This document shows, piece after piece, positions 48,308 through 57,190 of a stretch of 64,000 bases of DNA. A program made the position numbers and the translations under genes. Within the stretch, counting starts at the first letter, position 1. Each line of letters begins with the position of its first letter. This stretch comes from an uncultured Aquimarina sp. (lineage in GTDB: Bacteria > Bacteroidota > Bacteroidia > Flavobacteriales > Flavobacteriaceae): positions 360 to 64,359 of the forward strand of contig CANLYR010000022.1 in the NCBI GenBank assembly GCA_947495425.1, given 5' to 3'. Under the pieces are notes generated by a model, which had not been told where the DNA came from, did no database searches, and worked only from the letters and a program-made list of their open reading frames with translations.

Positions 48308-48367
48308 CTATGGTGGACCAATCACGATAATAATGACAATAACTACTATACTTTTAATGATTTTCAT
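48308..48367 (-). CDS. ilvL: ilv operon leader peptide MKIIKSIVVIVIIIVIGPP
   Basis: Hand-translated 19-codon ORF in which 12 codons are Ile or Val, including a run of 10 consecutive Ile/Val codons (IVVIVIIIVI). It is followed by a canonical terminator. Confidence 0.75.
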   Translation of the reverse strand: MKIIKSIVVIVIIIVIGPP

Positions 48368-48378
48368 ATTTAGCGTAT

Positions 48379-48409
48379 AAAAAAAGTTCCTTTACATTGC
48401 AAAGGAACT
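48379..48409 (-). terminator. rho-independent terminator upstream of the ilv leader
   Basis: Minus strand AGTTCCTTT-GCAATGT-AAAGGAACT (9-bp stem) followed by TTTTTT. It either ends the upstream transcription unit or is a first attenuator. Confidence 0.65.
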
Positions 48410-48440
48410 TTTATCTATTTAAAATAGTGTAGCAGCTCCC

Positions 48441-48503
48441 TCAAGATGAAATAATCACCTGAATACGAATGACACTGCTCATATTTATATTATTTTTTTT
48501 CAT
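48441..48503 (-). CDS. possible second (upstream) leader peptide MKKNNINMSSVIRIQVIISS
   Basis: Hand-translated 20-codon ORF with 7 Ile/Val. It ends 31 nt before the 48409-48379 terminator. Weak evidence. Confidence 0.3.
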   Translation of the reverse strand: MKKNNINMSSVIRIQVIISS

Positions 48504-48577
48504 ATTATGCTGATAAAGATATAAAAAAATTCATATTCAGAAAACTTTTATAAGACTTTTAAACTATACCTTTCGTA

Positions 48578-48631
48578 GGGATCTGTTCAACCAACTATAT
48601 TGAATTCACCGCATAAGGCGGATTTTCAATA
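48578..48631. repeat. 54-bp palindrome-containing repeat, copy 1
   Basis: GGGATCTGTTCAACCAACTATATTGAATTCACCGCATAAGGCGGATTTTCAATA. Confidence 0.8.
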
Positions 48632-48675
48632 CATAAAACTTTTACACTCAATTGCTATAGATCCCGTTAAGCAAC

Positions 48676-48729
48676 GGGATTTGTTCAACCAGCTATATTG
48701 AATTCACCGCTTAAGGCGGATTTTCAATA
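48676..48729. repeat. 54-bp palindrome-containing repeat, copy 2
   Basis: Three mismatches to copy 1, offset by 98 bp. The hairpin ATCCCGTT-AAGC-AACGGGAT at 48661-48680 lies between the copies. Confidence 0.8.
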
Positions 48730-48739
48730 TAGGGTTTCA

Positions 48740-49387
48740 CTAAATCTTAAAGAGCTTGTTTTTTATGCAATAAATCACCAAACCAACTCTGGTGTTTACT
48801 TCGAGCTTTCTAAAAACAGATTCTCTATAATTCTCAATCGTTTTAGGGCTCAATCCCAGTTCACCTGCAATATCTTTGTACGTGAGTTCTGAACATGCAT
48901 ATTTTAGAAACACTCTTTCTTTATCAGTTAAACTTTCCTGAAGGCTCATACTTTGATCAAACCCTTCAGAATGTTTTAAGGCTATTTCTACTTTTCCCGA
49001 ATAATAAAATCCTTGTTCGATCACCATTTTCATCGCAAACTCAAAATTCTCTGGATGGATATCTTTTAGCAGATATCCTTTTGCTCCGGCTCTAAGCATT
49101 TTGATAATGGTTTCCTCATCATCCTCCATGGTGAGGGCCAATACTTTTTGCTCAGGCTGATTATCTTTAAGCCATTGCATTGCCTGCACACCATCCATAA
49201 CCGGCATTTTCACATCCAGAAGGATTAAATCCGGCTTTTTTCTCTTATGCAGATAGTACTGTGTAAGTTCTTTTCCGTTTTTTAAGATTGCCAGCACTTC
49301 ATACTCTTGTAATTTAGAAATCAAGCTTTCTAGAGATTGAGCAAACAAAAGATGATCATCTACAATAACAATGGTCTTTTTTTTCAT
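48740..49387 (-). CDS. NarL/LuxR family response regulator
   Basis: Receiver domain (IVIVDDH, LDVKMPVMDG, LTMEDD) plus a C-terminal LuxR HTH (LTYKDIAGELGLSPKTIENYRESVFRKL). Confidence 0.9.
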   Translation of the reverse strand: MKKKTIVIVDDHLLFAQSLESLISKLQEYEVLAILKNGKELTQYYLHKRKKPDLILLDVKMPVMDGVQAMQWLKDNQPEQKVLALTMEDDEETIIKMLRAGAKGYLLKDIHPENFEFAMKMVIEQGFYYSGKVEIALKHSEGFDQSMSLQESLTDKERVFLKYACSELTYKDIAGELGLSPKTIENYRESVFRKLEVNTRVGLVIYCIKNKLFKI

Positions 49388-49403
49388 GTGATGTGGTTTT
49401 AAA

Positions 49404-50186
49404 TCAAGCTTTGTGTTGTAAAGGATATGATATCGTTAGTACTACCCCTTTACCAGGAGCAGTTTTATAATCGTAACCCGCCTTAACCATGGCTGCACGA
49501 CTTTTCATATTTAATAACCCAGAATTCTCTTGTACGGTTTTCATGTCGAAACCTACGCCATCCTCCTGTATTTTTATATCTAAGCTATTTGAAGTATACT
49601 TTAATTCTACTTCTAAATTAGAAGCTTCTGCATATTTTATCGTATTAGAAAAGAATTCCTGAATAATACGATATAGAATAATTTCATCTTTGGGATCGAT
49701 ATCTATTTCTTCACCAATCACAGAAAGTTTTGTTTTAAGAAAACGAAGTTTTTCGAATCTATCCAATTCTACTCGTATCGATTTCTCTAATCCAATATTA
49801 TGGATGACTTCGTTATTTAATGTTTTGGATAAATTTCTTATTTCTTGCAGGCTATCACCAACTAGTTTACGAACATCCTGTAGTGATTCTGCAGATTTAG
49901 TCTCTATACCTGTACTCATAATATTGATCTGCATAACCGCAGTAGACAATAGTTGTCCAATATTATCATGAAGCTCCCAGCTTACATTTTTTAAGGCTTG
50001 TTCTTGTATCTCTAACCTGGATTTAAAAATCTCATCCTCAAAACGTTGTTCAGCTTTAAACTTATCAAACAATAATTTATTTTTTCGCCTTTGAAAAGCC
50101 ACAAAAAAAACAATACCGAAAACTATAAAAAATAAAATAATAACGGTAAAGTAAACTATGAGTAAGATTTGTTCCTTTTCGAGCAT
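49404..50186 (-). CDS. HisKA_3-type sensor histidine kinase (single TM)
   Basis: H box VSWELHDNIGQLL and an HATPase region (EFFSNTIKYA, QEDGVGFD, SGLLNMKSRA). Confidence 0.85.
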   Translation of the reverse strand: MLEKEQILLIVYFTVIILFFIVFGIVFFVAFQRRKNKLLFDKFKAEQRFEDEIFKSRLEIQEQALKNVSWELHDNIGQLLSTAVMQINIMSTGIETKSAESLQDVRKLVGDSLQEIRNLSKTLNNEVIHNIGLEKSIRVELDRFEKLRFLKTKLSVIGEEIDIDPKDEIILYRIIQEFFSNTIKYAEASNLEVELKYTSNSLDIKIQEDGVGFDMKTVQENSGLLNMKSRAAMVKAGYDYKTAPGKGVVLTISYPLQHKA

Positions 50187-50884
50187 ACAATAAAGCCAAC
50201 AGTATAGCAAGTATACATAAAAATATTTGCACTATAAAGTATTAATCTACGTATCTGAACAAATTCAGGGTTTTCAATTTTATAATATTCGATATAAATA
50301 AATAAAGGAGTTACAACCAAATGAAATACCATTGAACCTATAGCAACATAGAATGGAAAAAATTTATGAAAAGACAATATTTTATCGCTCTGTAAAGTTT
50401 CATAAAAATATAACATTACACTTAGAAAAATTAAAATGGACCCGAGAATATAGGTAACATGAGAAGTGCCTATAAAATAAACATTAGTAAAAATTAAGCT
50501 GCTAATTGAGGCAATGAAATAAATAACCATTAACCAATTTAATATTAAGTTCATTTTCTTTGACTTAATATTATTCTTAAAATAGAAGACATAAAACAAA
50601 AAACTAACTATAAAGTAAATATTATATGCCCAATGATTATTACTTAAAAAAGATTCCTCTAAATAAGTTAAGGAATCTAAATTTTTAATAAACCAAGGCG
50701 TCCAACCAAATACTAGTTCTACAAAAACTGTTAACCATAAGAACCATATAAAATACCGAGTTAATTCTTCTACTCGGTATTTTAATTGTTTAAAGTATAA
50801 AGTTCCAACTAAAGCTGCTAGTACTTCAAAGAGATTTACAATGATTTTAAATAGCATATTACTAGTTAATGAATGAACAAGCAA
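50156..50884 (-). CDS. hypothetical 6-7 TM membrane protein overlapping the kinase start
   Basis: 242-aa ORF that is highly hydrophobic. Its stop lies about 31 nt inside the kinase ORF. Confidence 0.55.
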   Translation of the reverse strand: MLVHSLTSNMLFKIIVNLFEVLAALVGTLYFKQLKYRVEELTRYFIWFLWLTVFVELVFGWTPWFIKNLDSLTYLEESFLSNNHWAYNIYFIVSFLFYVFYFKNNIKSKKMNLILNWLMVIYFIASISSLIFTNVYFIGTSHVTYILGSILIFLSVMLYFYETLQSDKILSFHKFFPFYVAIGSMVFHLVVTPLFIYIEYYKIENPEFVQIRRLILYSANIFMYTCYTVGFIVCSKRNKSYS

Positions 50885-50887
50885 TTT

Positions 50888-51283
50888 TTAATAACTATTT
50901 GGAGGATCTCCTGCTCCTGCTCCATTATAAGCAGCAATTTTGTAATTATTAGGCGCATTGTCAAAACCTTTCCCCATTCCACCAGGAGGTGCTCCAGTTG
51001 GTGATAGAAACACAGTTGAGTACCCTTTTTCCATTTTACATTTTTCTTTTGGATATGCTCCAAAATATAACCTAATCCCAGGATTATCAATCCCTTGCTT
51101 TCTGGATTGCTTTTTTACGTATTTGAGGTATTCTTCTAATTCTTCTACACTCCACCAAAACTCACGGGTGTCTTGAAAACCAATACATTTATCAATTTCT
51201 GGAGTTCTAGTACAACACCAAGTATCCTGCAATTCTCTTGCTTCCTCTACACTAATACATTTTTCTGGTACTTTTTTTGCCAT
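50888..51283 (-). CDS. hypothetical protein with a Gly/Pro/Asn-rich C terminus
   Basis: 131-aa ORF that ends 3 nt before the 7-TM gene. No family recognised. Confidence 0.45.
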   Translation of the reverse strand: MAKKVPEKCISVEEARELQDTWCCTRTPEIDKCIGFQDTREFWWSVEELEEYLKYVKKQSRKQGIDNPGIRLYFGAYPKEKCKMEKGYSTVFLSPTGAPPGGMGKGFDNAPNNYKIAAYNGAGAGDPPNSY

Positions 51284-51448
51284 GACAAAATTTATTTTAA
51301 GTTTATTGCTTGCTAATATATCTAATAAAGCACCATTACAGCAAATCTATACCCCCTTATTCTTTGCTGTTTTATGGTAAAACAGTAATACAAGTTCAGT
51401 AACTACTGATCATTTGAGAAATAAAAAAAAATAAAAAAAATAACACTA

Positions 51449-51487
51449 GGGGATTTTCCCCCTGTGGTCTTAAGGGGGTTTTTCCCC
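51449..51487 (-). terminator. two G4/C4 mini-hairpins followed by long T runs (possible terminator of the pxp operon)
   Basis: Minus strand GGGGAAAAACCCCC ... GGGGGAAAATCCCC, then TAGTGTTA and two T8 runs. Confidence 0.4.
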
Positions 51488-51588
51488 TACACTTTTTCGT
51501 TTTCTGATTTCAAGCCCGATATAACATAAGTGTTCATATAAAAATTAGATATTCAAATAAAGATAGCGCTACAGTGTATTCTTTACGA

Positions 51589-52443
51589 TTACTCTGCTAA
51601 TCTAAATCTAAATTTCTCTCCTGTTCGTTTCTGTGCAATACAATTTATAGCATCTTCACTTAATTGAAGTACTCTAGGATACCCGCCTGTGGTTTGACAA
51701 TCACGCATCAATACAATCAAACTACCAGATGGTGTTAGCTGTACTGTACCCGGTAATACGGGTGAGGTAATTATAACCGGTAATATATTAGGCAATTTCT
51801 CTTCTAATTGGATAGCCATACGATTTAATGTTTTCGAAATCGTAAATTGAGAAGAAAACAAATTAGATTTTTGCTCTTTGGATAAATTATCAAACTCTAC
51901 ACCTTTAAACACTTTTAACTCCTTAGATTCATCTACAGATGATGTTACAGAAAGACTGGAGAATTGTTTACCTACATGATCCGTTATACTAAAAGCAATT
52001 TTATCGTTCTTTTTTAATGATGATGTTTGTGTAACGGGATTAAGAAAAGAGCTGCTCCTCAATACTTTTAATGACAAAAAACCATCTTTAATTCCTACAT
52101 ATCCATACACTCCCTTCTTACAAAAACTCATAGTGATTATATCATTTTTTTTAACCGCAATTTGATGATACATCTTTACTTTTTGATCATTCAAAAAAAT
52201 ATCGACTTCTCCACCTGTAATACAAATTAGTGCTGTATCGTTGAACTCTAAAGTGGGAGGCTTGAATACCCATTCGATACAAGCAACATTTGGGGTGTTT
52301 CCTAATAGTGAATTTGCAAATTGATAAGAAGTTGTATCCATTGCGCCACTCCTTGGCACTCCATATTTTGAAAAACCAATACGTCCTTCGTCTTGTATTG
52401 TAGAAAAAAAACCTGGATCGATTATTGTTACTTCCCCAGTCAT
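51589..52443 (-). CDS. pxpC: 5-oxoprolinase subunit C (KipA/allophanate hydrolase subunit 2 family)
   Basis: IQDEGRIGFSKYGVPRSGAMD start and the TTGGYPRV motif. Confidence 0.85.
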   Translation of the reverse strand: MTGEVTIIDPGFFSTIQDEGRIGFSKYGVPRSGAMDTTSYQFANSLLGNTPNVACIEWVFKPPTLEFNDTALICITGGEVDIFLNDQKVKMYHQIAVKKNDIITMSFCKKGVYGYVGIKDGFLSLKVLRSSSFLNPVTQTSSLKKNDKIAFSITDHVGKQFSSLSVTSSVDESKELKVFKGVEFDNLSKEQKSNLFSSQFTISKTLNRMAIQLEEKLPNILPVIITSPVLPGTVQLTPSGSLIVLMRDCQTTGGYPRVLQLSEDAINCIAQKRTGEKFRFRLAE

Positions 52444-53165
52444 AAAAGAATAGATTCTAATTCATAGGCACCTTCTAAAACCCTAGCACCGATATCGTTA
52501 TATTTATTTTTATCAATCGATAAAAATTGAATCTTATCACCTGGTTTAGCAAAGCAAGGGGTGTCAAATTTTGGATCAAAAAAAGATAAGGGACAGCTCC
52601 CAATAACATGCCACCCACCCGGACTATCTATTGGGTAAATTCCTGTTTGATTTCCACCAATGGCAACCGATCCTTTTTTAACTTTCAAAGTCGGTGTACT
52701 TTTTCTTGGTAAATACAGTTTATCATCAAGACCTCCCAAATACAAAAAACCAGGTAAAAAGCCTATAAAATACACTGTATATATTGTTGCTGAGTGTAGT
52801 GCGATTACCTGATCAATTGTAAGTGATTTTTCTATGGAAAATTGTTGTAAATCTGCAGCCATCGAAGTAGCATAGCAAACAGGAATCTTCCATAATCTAT
52901 TCGCTAGTCTTTCTGACTTTGAACGTGTTACATACAGTGATTTTAAATCTAAAACACTATCATAGATATTCTCTATAGCTGATATATAACAAACTAGTAA
53001 TGAGTTGTATGAAGAAATTACCTCAACAATTGATTTACCATGATTTGTTTCTATGTTTTTTTTAAAAGAAAGTAGATCATCAAGTATTTTTTCATCTACT
53101 TGAGAAGGCCAATTGATCAGAATTGTACGTTCTGAATATTGTTTATATTGTAGTTCAAACTTCAT
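52440..53165 (-). CDS. pxpB: 5-oxoprolinase subunit B (KipI/allophanate hydrolase subunit 1 family)
   Basis: FLPGFLYLGGLD, GSVAIGGNQTGIYP, SPGGWHVIG. Confidence 0.85.
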   Translation of the reverse strand: MKFELQYKQYSERTILINWPSQVDEKILDDLLSFKKNIETNHGKSIVEVISSYNSLLVCYISAIENIYDSVLDLKSLYVTRSKSERLANRLWKIPVCYATSMAADLQQFSIEKSLTIDQVIALHSATIYTVYFIGFLPGFLYLGGLDDKLYLPRKSTPTLKVKKGSVAIGGNQTGIYPIDSPGGWHVIGSCPLSFFDPKFDTPCFAKPGDKIQFLSIDKNKYNDIGARVLEGAYELESILL

Positions 53166-53174
53166 AAATTTAAT

Positions 53175-53903
53175 TTAAAAAACAAAGCCTAAATCAGAAA
53201 ATTTTTCACAAAGATATTTCAAAATTTCAACTGCATTAGGATGATCACCATGCATACAAATCGTGTCAAAAAAAACTGGTTTCACCGCTCCACTTCGCGT
53301 TTTAATTTCACGATCAGAAACCATTTTGAAAACATGATCAAAAACTTCTTTTGGAGTTGTGATTATTGCTCCATTTTCTGATCGAGAAACTAGGGTCAGA
53401 TCGTCATTATAATTACGATCTGCAAAAGCTTCATATTTCACACCTACTCCATCACCACATAGGTTAGATAACTCAGATTTTTGTAATGTAATTACATATG
53501 AACTTTTATCGATATTTTTTATTGCTTCAATAATGGCAGAAGCAATTTTTTTGTTTTTTACAGCATCATTATAAAGTGCTCCATGTGGTTTTACATGATG
53601 CAACTGAGTTCCCGCTTCTTCTGCATAAGCCTTTACTTTTTGAATTTGATGAGTAATTGTTTTTACCAAATCTTCATATGAGATATCTACACTAATTCTA
53701 CCAAAATTATCACGATCAGGATATGAAGGATGCGCACCTATTTTCACATTATGATGCATCGCTAAGGCTATAGTTTTCTTAATCACTTGATCATTACCTG
53801 CATGCGCCCCACAAGCTATATTGCACCATGAGATATAAGGCATGATCTCTTTATCGAAATCAGCTTCCTCGCCTACATCTGCATTAAGTATTATACTTCT
53901 CAT
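53175..53903 (-). CDS. pxpA: 5-oxoprolinase subunit A (LamB/YcsF family)
   Basis: LNADVGE, NIACGAHAGN, KPHGALYN. The start MRSIILN at 53903 removes the overlap with the NRAMP gene. Confidence 0.85.
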   Translation of the reverse strand: MRSIILNADVGEEADFDKEIMPYISWCNIACGAHAGNDQVIKKTIALAMHHNVKIGAHPSYPDRDNFGRISVDISYEDLVKTITHQIQKVKAYAEEAGTQLHHVKPHGALYNDAVKNKKIASAIIEAIKNIDKSSYVITLQKSELSNLCGDGVGVKYEAFADRNYNDDLTLVSRSENGAIITTPKEVFDHVFKMVSDREIKTRSGAVKPVFFDTICMHGDHPNAVEILKYLCEKFSDLGFVF

Positions 53904-53929
53904 TTTCTTACAAATCACATATATTTTAC

Positions 53930-55150
53930 TTACAAGTTTAAAAAGACCTTCCAAATACTTCTAAGCCCAAGAAAAAGTGTTATCCCCAGTATCAAAATCC
54001 CAACTGCATTTTGTTTCCATGAATTGGTGTACTTTCCTAAAAGATGTTCTCTATTCATTACCCATAGAAGAAACCCTGCTATTATTGGTAATAAAAGTCC
54101 GTTTGCTACTTGTGCAAATTGAATAATTTCTATTGATTTTATGTCCAGGGATGAGAATACTACTCCCAAAAAAAGAATGAACATCCAAACGAATCTAAAA
54201 CTTGCACTTTTTAATCCTCCATTCCATCCCATACACCCCTTTACCACATAAGCAGCTGCTAATGGAGCGGTAATTGCCGAAGTGATCCCCGCAGCAAAAA
54301 GCCCAATTGAAAGCACATATTTTGCAGCAGATCCAAACACCGGCTCCAAACTTTTTGCTAAATCTGCAGCGTTACTCACCTCGGTCCCTTGTATTGCTGC
54401 ACCTGTGATTACAATAGCCATAGACATTAATCCTCCGGCTATAATCGCTACAATGGTATCTTTTCTAGCTAAGGGTAACTCGTTTGGGGTTTTCCATTTT
54501 TCTTTTACTAAAGAGGCGTGCAAGAATACATTATAGGGCACCACTGTAGTGCCAATCAATCCTATAATCATAAATAATTTCTCTGATTCAAAACCAGGTA
54601 CAAATCCCTTAACAATCAAAGAAAGATCAGGTTTTGTAACGATAGCTGTAATAATAAAAGCCAAACTCATGCCTAATACTAAAACCACCAAACTACGTTC
54701 TAAAACTTTATAATTACCAATATATAAAAGTGTAAAAGCGACTACACCGATTAAAACACTAGCATAATTAAAACTAATACCGCCAATGCTAACGTTTGGA
54801 GCTCCTAAAATAGTGGACAGGCCTAATACACCTCCACTAATATTACCAGCTTCGTACGCAGCGTTACCAATAAAAATTGCCGATATGACTATGCCAATAA
54901 GAATTGATCGTACTATCTTGTTCTCAAATTGAGAAGTAAGCACCTCGCTAAGTCCTTTTTGAGTTACAATACCTAGCCTGGCAGCCATTTCTTGTAAAAA
55001 AATACATGCACCAATAGACAGGGCTAATGCCCACAGTAAGGTAAACCCAAACTGCACTCCTGCCAACGTGCATATAGTAACAGTGCCCGGTCCTATAAAT
55101 GCTGCTGTAATTAATGTACCTGGACCAATATTAGAAAACCATTTTTTCAT
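53930..55150 (-). CDS. NRAMP family divalent-metal transporter
   Basis: 11-TM pattern with an N-terminal GPG..TA..IGPGTV NRAMP motif. The pxpABC context is as for ycsG-type genes. Confidence 0.8.
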   Translation of the reverse strand: MKKWFSNIGPGTLITAAFIGPGTVTICTLAGVQFGFTLLWALALSIGACIFLQEMAARLGIVTQKGLSEVLTSQFENKIVRSILIGIVISAIFIGNAAYEAGNISGGVLGLSTILGAPNVSIGGISFNYASVLIGVVAFTLLYIGNYKVLERSLVVLVLGMSLAFIITAIVTKPDLSLIVKGFVPGFESEKLFMIIGLIGTTVVPYNVFLHASLVKEKWKTPNELPLARKDTIVAIIAGGLMSMAIVITGAAIQGTEVSNAADLAKSLEPVFGSAAKYVLSIGLFAAGITSAITAPLAAAYVVKGCMGWNGGLKSASFRFVWMFILFLGVVFSSLDIKSIEIIQFAQVANGLLLPIIAGFLLWVMNREHLLGKYTNSWKQNAVGILILGITLFLGLRSIWKVFLNL

Positions 55151-55267
55151 TAAGATATTTATGTTTTCTAAAAATATTGATTTCTTGAGGTATTAGTATA
55201 GGATTGTTAATAAGATATATGAATAGTTTATAAACTCTTAGCACTACATATTATCAAAATTAATTAC

Positions 55268-56806
55268 CTATCCCAACCATCCATCTCGATCTAAACTCCT
55301 GTATTGAATCGCCTCTGAGATATGATTACCTCCTATATTTTCTACTCCTTCTAAATCTGCTATTGTTCTGGATACTTTGAGTATTCGATCATACGCTCGT
55401 GCAGAGAGATTTAATTGCTCCATAGCCGTTTTAAGTAATTCTTTTGAAGCTTTGTCCAGTGCGCAATGTTTTCGTATTTGTTTTACACTCATTTGCGCAT
55501 TGTAATGAATACTTGACAGCTCTGAAAATCTTTTCGTTTGAATATCTCTTGCTTTGATTACACGTTTTCTAATCTCTACACTCGACTCCCCTCGCCTTTC
55601 TTCGCTAAGCTTATCAAATGGAACCGGTGTTACTTCAATATGAATATCAATTCGATCTAGCAGCGGTCCAGAAATCTTACTAAGATAGCGTTGCATTTCG
55701 GCAGGTGAAGAGGTAACCGGAGCATTTGGGTCATTAAAATAGCCTCCTGGACTGGGGTTCATACTCGCCACCAACATAAAGCTAGAAGGATAAGTAACAG
55801 TAAACTTGGCTCTGGATATGGTAACTTCCCTGTCTTCAAGAGGTTGCCGCATTACTTCTAACACTTCCCTTTTAAATTCTGGTAATTCATCTAGAAATAA
55901 TACTCCGTTATGTGATAAAGAGATTTCTCCTGGTTGTGGATAACTTCCTCCACCAACCAAGGCAACATTAGATATCGTATGGTGAGGACTACGAAAGGGG
56001 CGTTGCGCCATTAACCCAACATTTTCTTTCACTCGACCGACTACGCTATGTATCTTGGTGGTTTCTAGGGCTTCTTGCAACGACATTGGAGGTAAAATAC
56101 TGGGCAATCGCTTGCTTATCATTGTTTTACCACTACCAGGTGGGCCGACCAGTATAATATTGTGTCCGCCTGCAGCAGCGATTTCCATACATCGTTTTAT
56201 GCTTTCCTGCCCTTTTACATCGGCAAAATCAAACTCTGGATTATCGAGCGCAGCATAAAATTCTTCTCTGGTATCAACAACAGTTCTTTGTAATGTTTCT
56301 TTATCATCAAAAAAATCAATTACTTCTTTGATATTTTCTACCCCGTACACCTTAAGATTATCTACTATTGCTGCTTCTTTGGCGTTTTGCTTTGGTAATA
56401 TAAATCCTTTAAAACCTTCCTCTCGTGCCTTGATGGCTATTGGTAATGCTCCTTTGATAGGCTGAAGATTACCATCGAGTGATAGCTCACCCATAATTAA
56501 ATAGTCTGAAATAGTGTCCCCTTTAATTTGCGAACTTGCAGAAAGAATTCCCAAAGCCAGGGTGAGATCATACGCCGAACCTTCTTTCCTTAAATCAGCC
56601 GGAGCCATATTAATGGTAATTTTTTTACCTGGGAGCTTGTATCCATTATTCTGTAGAGCCGCTGCTATTCGATAGCTACTCTCTCGTATTGCATTATCTG
56701 GCAATCCTACGAGATGGTATCCTATTCCGGTAGCAATATTTACCTCTACGGTGATTGTGGTAGCTTCAACACCAAAAACGGCACTTCCAAAGACTTTAAT
56801 TAACAT
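55268..56806 (-). CDS. comM: YifB/ComM family Mg-chelatase-like AAA+ ATPase
   Basis: Lon-protease-like N domain, Walker [20 protein letters not shown] Walker B, C-terminal [18 protein letters not shown]. Confidence 0.9.
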   Translation of the reverse strand: MLIKVFGSAVFGVEATTITVEVNIATGIGYHLVGLPDNAIRESSYRIAAALQNNGYKLPGKKITINMAPADLRKEGSAYDLTLALGILSASSQIKGDTISDYLIMGELSLDGNLQPIKGALPIAIKAREEGFKGFILPKQNAKEAAIVDNLKVYGVENIKEVIDFFDDKETLQRTVVDTREEFYAALDNPEFDFADVKGQESIKRCMEIAAAGGHNIILVGPPGSGKTMISKRLPSILPPMSLQEALETTKIHSVVGRVKENVGLMAQRPFRSPHHTISNVALVGGGSYPQPGEISLSHNGVLFLDELPEFKREVLEVMRQPLEDREVTISRAKFTVTYPSSFMLVASMNPSPGGYFNDPNAPVTSSPAEMQRYLSKISGPLLDRIDIHIEVTPVPFDKLSEERRGESSVEIRKRVIKARDIQTKRFSELSSIHYNAQMSVKQIRKHCALDKASKELLKTAMEQLNLSARAYDRILKVSRTIADLEGVENIGGNHISEAIQYRSLDRDGWLG

Positions 56807-57190
56807 ACTTCTGTTTTTTTTGCATAAATGCAAAAGTAGAATATTCTAGTTTTAAAAAATGAAACTAGAATTTTGTATGGCACGTAAAATTTTAACAAAA
56901 AAAATTGATGTTTTCTGTAAAGTATTAAATAACTCCACCCAATTAGTCAAGTCAAAAACCTATCAAAACCTCGACAAATTCAGTTTGATAAGAGAGTGAG
57001 TTTTTTAGAAAATCTTTACTTTGAAAGCAAATAAAGCTTGGGGCAAGCTCAAGAGGTAGTTTAAAAATAAGGACACTAAAATTTCGAGCTAAATCTTGCT
57101 GCATTCTGATCTCGATTATAGCGTAAAGCACTTCTCATCTTAATTCATAAGACAAACTACACTCTACAGTAAAAACTATACAAAAAATAA

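Noticed and set aside
50866-51176. ORFs 50866..51090(-) and 50958..51176(+)
   Set aside because: They overlap the 131-aa ORF at 50888..51283 in other frames. Nothing independent supports them.
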